Shown one piece after another: positions 57,801-64,000 of a stretch of 64,000 bases of DNA. This DNA comes from Vitrella brassicaformis CCMP3155 (taxonomy: Eukaryota > Protista > Chromerida). A program made the position numbers and the translations under genes. The first letter of the stretch is position 1; every line of letters begins with the position of its first letter. Under the pieces are notes generated by a model, which searched no databases, was not told the origin of the DNA, and saw only the letters and a list, made by a program, of their open reading frames with translations. The stretch spans positions 62,001 through 126,000 of the forward strand of contig CDMY01000973.1 of assembly GCA_001179505.1 (NCBI GenBank), in the 5' to 3' direction.

Positions 57801-60582
57801 GCAAACCGCCCTCCCAGTGGCCGACATACTCCTCGGTGACACACCCACACATCCGCCCACACATTCGCCCACCCATCCATGCTCCCTCTCTCTCTCTCAT
57901 CTGTGCCTGCAGGTGGCTCGGTTGCCTGTGGCGTGACCTCGCTCGAGGCTACGGACGTCTCCCTGGTCCTCTGCGTCGACACCCTCTCCCGGCACAATCC
58001 CGGGGCGTGGCTCTCGCCCTCACTCGACACGATCAGGTCGGTCCTGGAGTTGGGCCTCCCGGCCCACCCACCGCACCACCTCATCCCCAGAGAATTCGAC
58101 ACACACTACTCCAAGGGCGCTGTGACGTTCGGTGCGCACACACGACAGACGAGAGGTGTTTATGATATGTGTGAAGGGGGTCTGACAATTGTGTGTGTGT
58201 GTGTGTGGTGTGGTGTGGGGTCAGTGCTGCATCCGATGCCGCTGGCGTTGGGGAGGGGCGATGTGGCTGTGGGCGAGCTGCAGGCGATTGCTGGCGGACG
58301 GGGGATGACGTTCAGGTGAGGAGAGAGGGGGAGGGAAAGCCACATGTATGTATGTGTGGCGGTGTGTTGGTGTGTGGCGGGGTCAGTGTGAGCGTGGTGC
58401 CCATGTTTCACGGCCTGGAGGATGTCTGGAGCTGTCTCGACGCCACACCGCCGTCGCTGCGCTTCTGCATCGAACACGCGCTCACCAGGGAGACCACCGA
58501 ACTCATTCTCAAACAGACACCAAAGGTAATGAACATATCGACAGAGAGAGATAGAGAGAGAGATACCTGCCGTCTTCATGGACTCGTGTATGTGCGTTGC
58601 CGTATTGTCTGTCGTCCGTCCGTCAGGTGAAAGCCGCGATGCGTCTGATGGAGTTCTGGCGGCTGCACCAGGCGTGGAGCTCCCCCCGCACCACCCCCTC
58701 CCCCTACACCACAGCCCTGCTCACCCTACACGCAGCCCACCTGCACCTCCTCGACACCCAGCCCCACGAGTCACCCCTCGCTCAGCAGCACACCACCAAC
58801 AGCAACGGCAGCAGCAACAGCAACAGCGTCGCCCACCTCGCCCCGCCCGGCTGTGGGCCGTGGGAGATGGTGAAGCGGACTTTTGGCGTGATGGAGGGGT
58901 TTGAGACGGTGCGCGTGGTGTGGGCGGATGTGGGATTGGCGGCTTACACGGTGAGGGAGGGAGGGAGGGATGGCGCGTTGGGGTGGGAATGTGTGTATGG
59001 TGGTGTGTGGTTTGGTGTGGTTAGTACCCGAGCATATGGCCGGCACTGATGGGTCATGAGCGCATCCTGATGGACCCCGTCAACCCCTACAAGAACCTAG
59101 CTGGTCCGTCCGTCAGCCGAAATGACACACACCACACGCCCCTCCATCGCTGCGGCCCACTCCATCTCTGTGTGGTGTGCAGATCCGTCAGTGTTTGACT
59201 GCACCGAGTTGGTAGCCTTCGCCCAGCCTTCACGGTGGATGGACTTCTTCCGCCGTCACGTCACTCTGACACTCCAGAAGAAACGGGGAGGAGCAGCGGC
59301 ACCCACACTGCCGGTAGGCGAAAGACACTCAGACAGACAGACAGACAGGCGGCTTCAGCCACACAGACACCATTCTCCCCCTCTCTCTCTCTGTGTCTGC
59401 ACAGGTGTCTTCTCTCACCGGTCTCAGTCTCATTCGCACCCACACGGCCACGACAGTCACGACGCAGCAGCAGCAGCAGCATGACGACTACTCGCCATCC
59501 TCATTTGTCATCCCCAAGCAGCAGAGTGACCCCACCCCGCACAACTCGGACTGCACCACCACCACACACGCGTCATCGGCAGCCACGGCAGCCGCATCTG
59601 GACAGCGTCAGGTGTCCTTCTTTGCCAACTTCATGGGGGAAGACACCATGACGGGCAGCAGTGAGGTCACACCGATGTCTGGCTTGCAGGTGAGATAGAT
59701 GAAGAGGAGAGCAAAAGGCAAGGCGGTCTGTGTGGGACGTCCATGTGCGTGTGTGTTGTGTGTGTTTGGTTGTGTCAGGGTGCGTGTTGTTCGTCTGGGT
59801 TCTACTTCCCCGATGCGTCACCGGTGGCCAATCGTGGCAGTGGCACGACGACCGACGTCTTCTCCACCACTCTCCCCTTCCCCAAGGACACCTACCCATC
59901 AGCCGACAGCACCCACGCCCCCACTCCAGCCATCGACCTTAACACCGCAGAGATCGACCAGTGGACGCCCCCCTCACCCAGACCACTGCTACCATCCCTC
60001 GGCGGCCGATCCGTCCCACTCGACGAGACTGCCGGGGGCAGCGGCAAGGCACCCGGCAGCACCAGCAGCAGCGTGACCTTCCCCATATTCGCCGAGCGCA
60101 TGTCGCCATTCGACGTGTCGTCACTCTCCCCATTGGAGAGGCGAGATGCCGGCGCGGCCGACAACAGTGCGCCATTCTCCCTGCCGGCGGCAGCAGCATC
60201 AGCAGCAGCGAGGGACGGCTCACACATGCTGGCAGGGTGTGGGTGGGGCGGCAGTGGGCTGTTCGGCATTCCGCTTGGTGCTGGTGGTGGTGGTGATGGT
60301 GAGGATGGTGAGGCGGACATCAAGAACGACGAGACCTTCTGCCCGCCCCCGAGCTTCAACCTCAAGCTGACACTGGGAGAGGAGGACGACATCGATGAGA
60401 CGAACGAGGCGAATGAGACGACGGCAGCACCCACCACGGCAGCAGCAGCAGCAGCAGCAGCACCGACGGCCACAAACGGGGAGAAGGACAAGAGGAAGGG
60501 CAGGGGGCATGGCAAGGGGAAAGGGGTGTCGTGGGCCATGCTGGTGCGCATGGGGGCGCTCGACCCGAAGCACCACAAGTGA
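54890..60582 (+). CDS. Multidomain protein: Pro/His-rich N-terminus, 3 LOTUS/OST-HTH-like repeats, OAS-like nucleotidyltransferase fold with degenerate catalytic triad, disordered tail; about 20 exons
   Basis: Repeats ISVASLEQMFIQRF..LLEYLQR, YISSLCGKFIQR..GVRPLDLLKRHPETF and YISSLCGRFLQRY..CRPADFLRQYDHIF; NTase LLGGSVACGVTSLEATDVSLVL; FSVSVVPMF; KVKAAMRLMEFW; SPYTTALLTL; ILMDPVNPYKNL; ends DPKHHK*. True start may lie upstream. Confidence 0.75.
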
Positions 60583-62577
60583 GTGACCAGGGTGAATGGG
60601 TGGGGGGGTGGTCCTTCTGCCTTAGTTAGTCGAGTCATCATCTCTATCATGCCTAGATAAATCAACACCAGTTCCTGACGGGCGGGGCGGGTCGGCTATG
60701 GGGTGGGTGGTGTTCGTGGATGGGCACAGTATACCCATCGGACTGAATGACATGGAGAGGTCATGCACCTCAGTCTTAGTAGCTACGTATCCGATGCTTT
60801 CTACAGAGCAGATATAGCGAGGGAGGGAAAAGAGTGGAACTAGCTTCCTCCACACCAGCCATTCAGTGCCAGTGTCTAGCTTTGCCTTCCTACATGCATG
60901 CCTTCATGCAATGTCACTGCCCTTGTACAGACGTGGTTTGTTTTGTCTCCTTTACGAGAGAGAGGTCTGTTGACGCATTGACGAAGGGCGGGACGCGTCA
61001 AGCGTGGCGTTGTTGGAATGGAATGTCAGAACGAACGAGAGAGAGAGAGAGAGAGGGAGGGAGGGAGGGAAAGCGGCTTTCCCCTCTATACGGCGCAGGA
61101 TGCGTGTGTGTGTGCAGAAAGACGCCTTGCCTTCGTGGTGTAGTAGTGCCAAGATGTGGTGTGGTGTGGTGTGGTGGCATGTGTAGCAAGCAACCTTATT
61201 CGGGCAGCCCATTTTCCTCCTCAAGAAGAGCTCATGCAGCTCATTCTGGGCGGGCTCTGGAAGGAGGAATGCAACGGCAGTGGTGGTTCCATACCTTATA
61301 CAGTATACAGGGGAACTAACTGGGTGTGTAGATATGTACGCGTCATTGGACGCATGGCATGGACGGAGCAGACAGACAGACAGACACTCTGAGTGTCTCG
61401 TTGTCGCGTCGCGCCTCTGTATGGGTGTATCTGCCCATGTGTACATACGCACGAAGGGACAACGGAGCGTTGGATTGGTATTGGTGTTGGTGTCGGTGTT
61501 GATGCCAGTGCGCACGGGGATTGACACCGCTGGGCTGTATTTGTTTGATGTCGGGATCCTGGCGGTTGATGTCGTCTCTGACATGTCAGGAGAGGCCATC
61601 AAGCGTCGTGATCGCGAAGATGCAAACAGACCAGTGGTGGCATCCCCGCGCGTACGCACCATGTCTGGTGCCACGTGTGATGTGTGTATCCGTACCATGT
61701 TTGTTTTCACTGGTGGAGCGCTGAGTTGGTGTTGATGGGCATGTCCACAAGTGGCTGACTGACACCGCACCGTCACGTTTGATTTCACACGTCAAGACAG
61801 AGCAGTGGTGCCATACAGACAGACAGATAATCTTGAAAGCGATGTTTGGTGCCACGTATGTATGTTTTTCCTCTGTGTTTTCCCCGCCGCCGTTTTCCCT
61901 TCCGAGGCGTTTTCGGCACCAACGAGCACCAACCCAATCAGCTGTCGATAACTCTGCTACTCCATACTGCCTGGTGCACTCATTGCGCGTGCATGTATGT
62001 GTGTGTTGGTTGGTAGCGCACCAGCAGCAGCCATTCCTCCCTCTTCCCTTCCTGCCATAGCTGTGTGTGTGTCTATGTGTGTCTCGTCCTGTGTGCTCCT
62101 CTGGCCGTGAGTGTTTTAACTGTCTGCCATCTCTCCACACGTACCCACCTACTCTAATGATACGCTCATGGACGAAGAAAATGATGGATGCCGCTGCGGG
62201 CCGCCAAGGCCATATGAATGCTGCCTGTCTGTCTGTCTGTCTGTCTTGGCTGGCCCAGTGCAGTGCGATTCATGCAATGCTCACTGCCCTTGTGCAGCCA
62301 GCCACAGAGTTGTGTGTCCGCCTTTGTGTGTGTGGATCGGCGCGACGAACCTGAGACACACACAGCAGCCCATCCCACATACACAGATGATCGTAACGAA
62401 AGCAGCGTGTGGTGACCCTCGTCACTGCAGATTCACAAAATCCCTGCGTGGTTGATCTGGCCGTCCTCAGTCGACGAGGGCACGTCACAGTGTAGCCCCT
62501 TAACACCGCGAGCTTTTTGGAAACCCTGCGAGCCAGCCCGGAGAGAGGAAAGAGGAAAAAAGCCCGCGCGTAAAGGG

Positions 62578-64000
62578 ATGGCTGAAGACCGCATCCTTAG
62601 TCGATGCCTCATCGTGAGGCCACTGGTCTCATCATCAATGGCACTGCTGATCTATCAGCTGATCTGCACTGCTGCTGCATTCCAACCACCGCCCTCATAC
62701 AGCAGACTGAGCGGCCTGCGGATGTCTTCACAGCGCGCAGACGCAGTAGCTGAAGCCAACACAGACAGGAGGAGTCTCGTCAAGGGCATTGCTGCTGCTG
62801 GTGTTGGTCTGGGGCTGGTGGGCGGCAAGCGGGTGATTGACGGGCCCGTCTACAGCAACGTCGTCGACTTGAGTGGGGAGAACATCGTTATCACTGGGGT
62901 GGGTGAGCACAGGACGGTGGTGATGAATCGCCTGCTGACCGGGGCGCACTTCGTTTGGTGTTGGTTGGTGCAGGGCAACACTGGGCTTGGGAAGGCCGCT
63001 GCTGTCCGCCTTGCAGCTCTCGGTGAGAAGCGATGGACCCCTCACTTCACACGATGTGTCGTGCTGTGCTGTGTGTGGATGTGCTGCCGGTGTTGTCACG
63101 TGCAGGTGCTGCGGTTACGATAGCCTGTCGGTCTCCATCCAAGGCCGAGGCGGCTGTCAAGGACATCCAGCAGGCCAGCGGGTCATCAGCTGTCGATGCC
63201 GTCCCCCTGGACCTCACGTAAGCATCAGCCACACCGCTCTGCTGCCGACTAGGATGCCATCAGGGCAGGGCTTCCCCCCTGTTTGTGGGTGTGCAGTGAT
63301 TCCTCGTCGATTGCGTCCTGTGCGAGAGAACTGTCTGGCCGTCTGGGCAAGATTGACGTGCTGATGAACAACGCTGGCGTGATGGCCATTCCCAACAGAG
63401 AGACCACCGCAGACGGATACGAGAAACAAATGGGGGTGAGTGAGTGAGTCTGTCAGCAAGGAGGCGACGCATAGCATCCGGCGTCATTGCATATTCTCTC
63501 TTGCCCGTCTGTCCGTCCGTTTTGAACAGATCAACCATCTGGGTCACTTTCGCCTCACCAGCCTGGTGCTGCCCCTGCTGGCCGCCGCCTCCACACCACG
63601 AGTCGTCAACGTGTCCTCCAAGGCACACACTCTCGTAAGCACCATGCCTGACCTGACAGACTGACGCATGGGCGAGCCACCGGGTGAGAATTCGGTCTCC
63701 CCTTTCCCCTTTCTCTCTATCAGGCCAAGCTTGACTTCAGCGACTTTTTTCTGACGAAGGACTATGACCCCTGGGTGGCTTACGGCAACAGTAAGCTGGC
63801 CAATATATTGTTTACCAAGCAGCTCAACCAATGGGCCGCAGAGGGCAGCCTCGGCAACGCCGCGGGCAACCTCCGGCAGCTCACGGCCGTGAGCTGCCAC
63901 CCTGGGCTGGTGAGAACTGAGCTGGGGCGGTACTTCTTCAACACGGACAACATTCCCCTGTTCCCGTTCGGCTGGCTGCTCACCCCACTGCTCATCCCTG
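62578..64000 (+). CDS. Classical short-chain dehydrogenase/reductase (RDH12/TIC32-like clade) with plastid-type leader; cut off by window end
   Basis: VITG|GNTGLG (TGxxxGxG), IACRS, IDVLMNNAGVMA, INHLGHF, VVNVSS, AYGNSKLAN (YxxxK), HPGLVRTEL; leader MALLIYQLICTAAAF. Confidence 0.9.

Noticed and set aside
60622-61790. Possible minus-strand gene between the LOTUS-OAS gene and the SDR
   Set aside because: Exon-like pieces exist on both strands, but I could not join them into a consistent model and found no motif.

Overview
Intron-rich, GC-rich eukaryotic nuclear DNA with short GT-AG introns full of (CA/TG)n, (TGTC)n and (GATG)n microsatellites. The style, an ATPTG9-like ATP synthase subunit and bipartite plastid-targeting leaders are consistent with a chromerid alveolate such as Vitrella brassicaformis (inference). 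Gene models were spliced by eye, so exon boundaries are approximate. Conserved genes: M13 neprilysin-type metallopeptidase, secreted PAN/apple protein, ATPTG9-like twin-CX9C protein, OTU protease, SPB4/DDX55 helicase, CAF16-like ABC ATPase and a plastid-type SDR cut off by the window end. An accessory zone at about 18-48 kb holds a shuffled, partly frameshifted array of divergent protein-kinase modules, a stand-alone copia-type aspartic protease ORF and several orphan genes. The most notable item is a ~5.7 kb gene (54890-60582) combining three LOTUS/OST-HTH-like repeats with a 2'-5'-oligoadenylate-synthetase (OAS)-like nucleotidyltransferase fold in which two of the three catalytic Asp positions are Ser. 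No rRNA, tRNA or CRISPR array was recognised.
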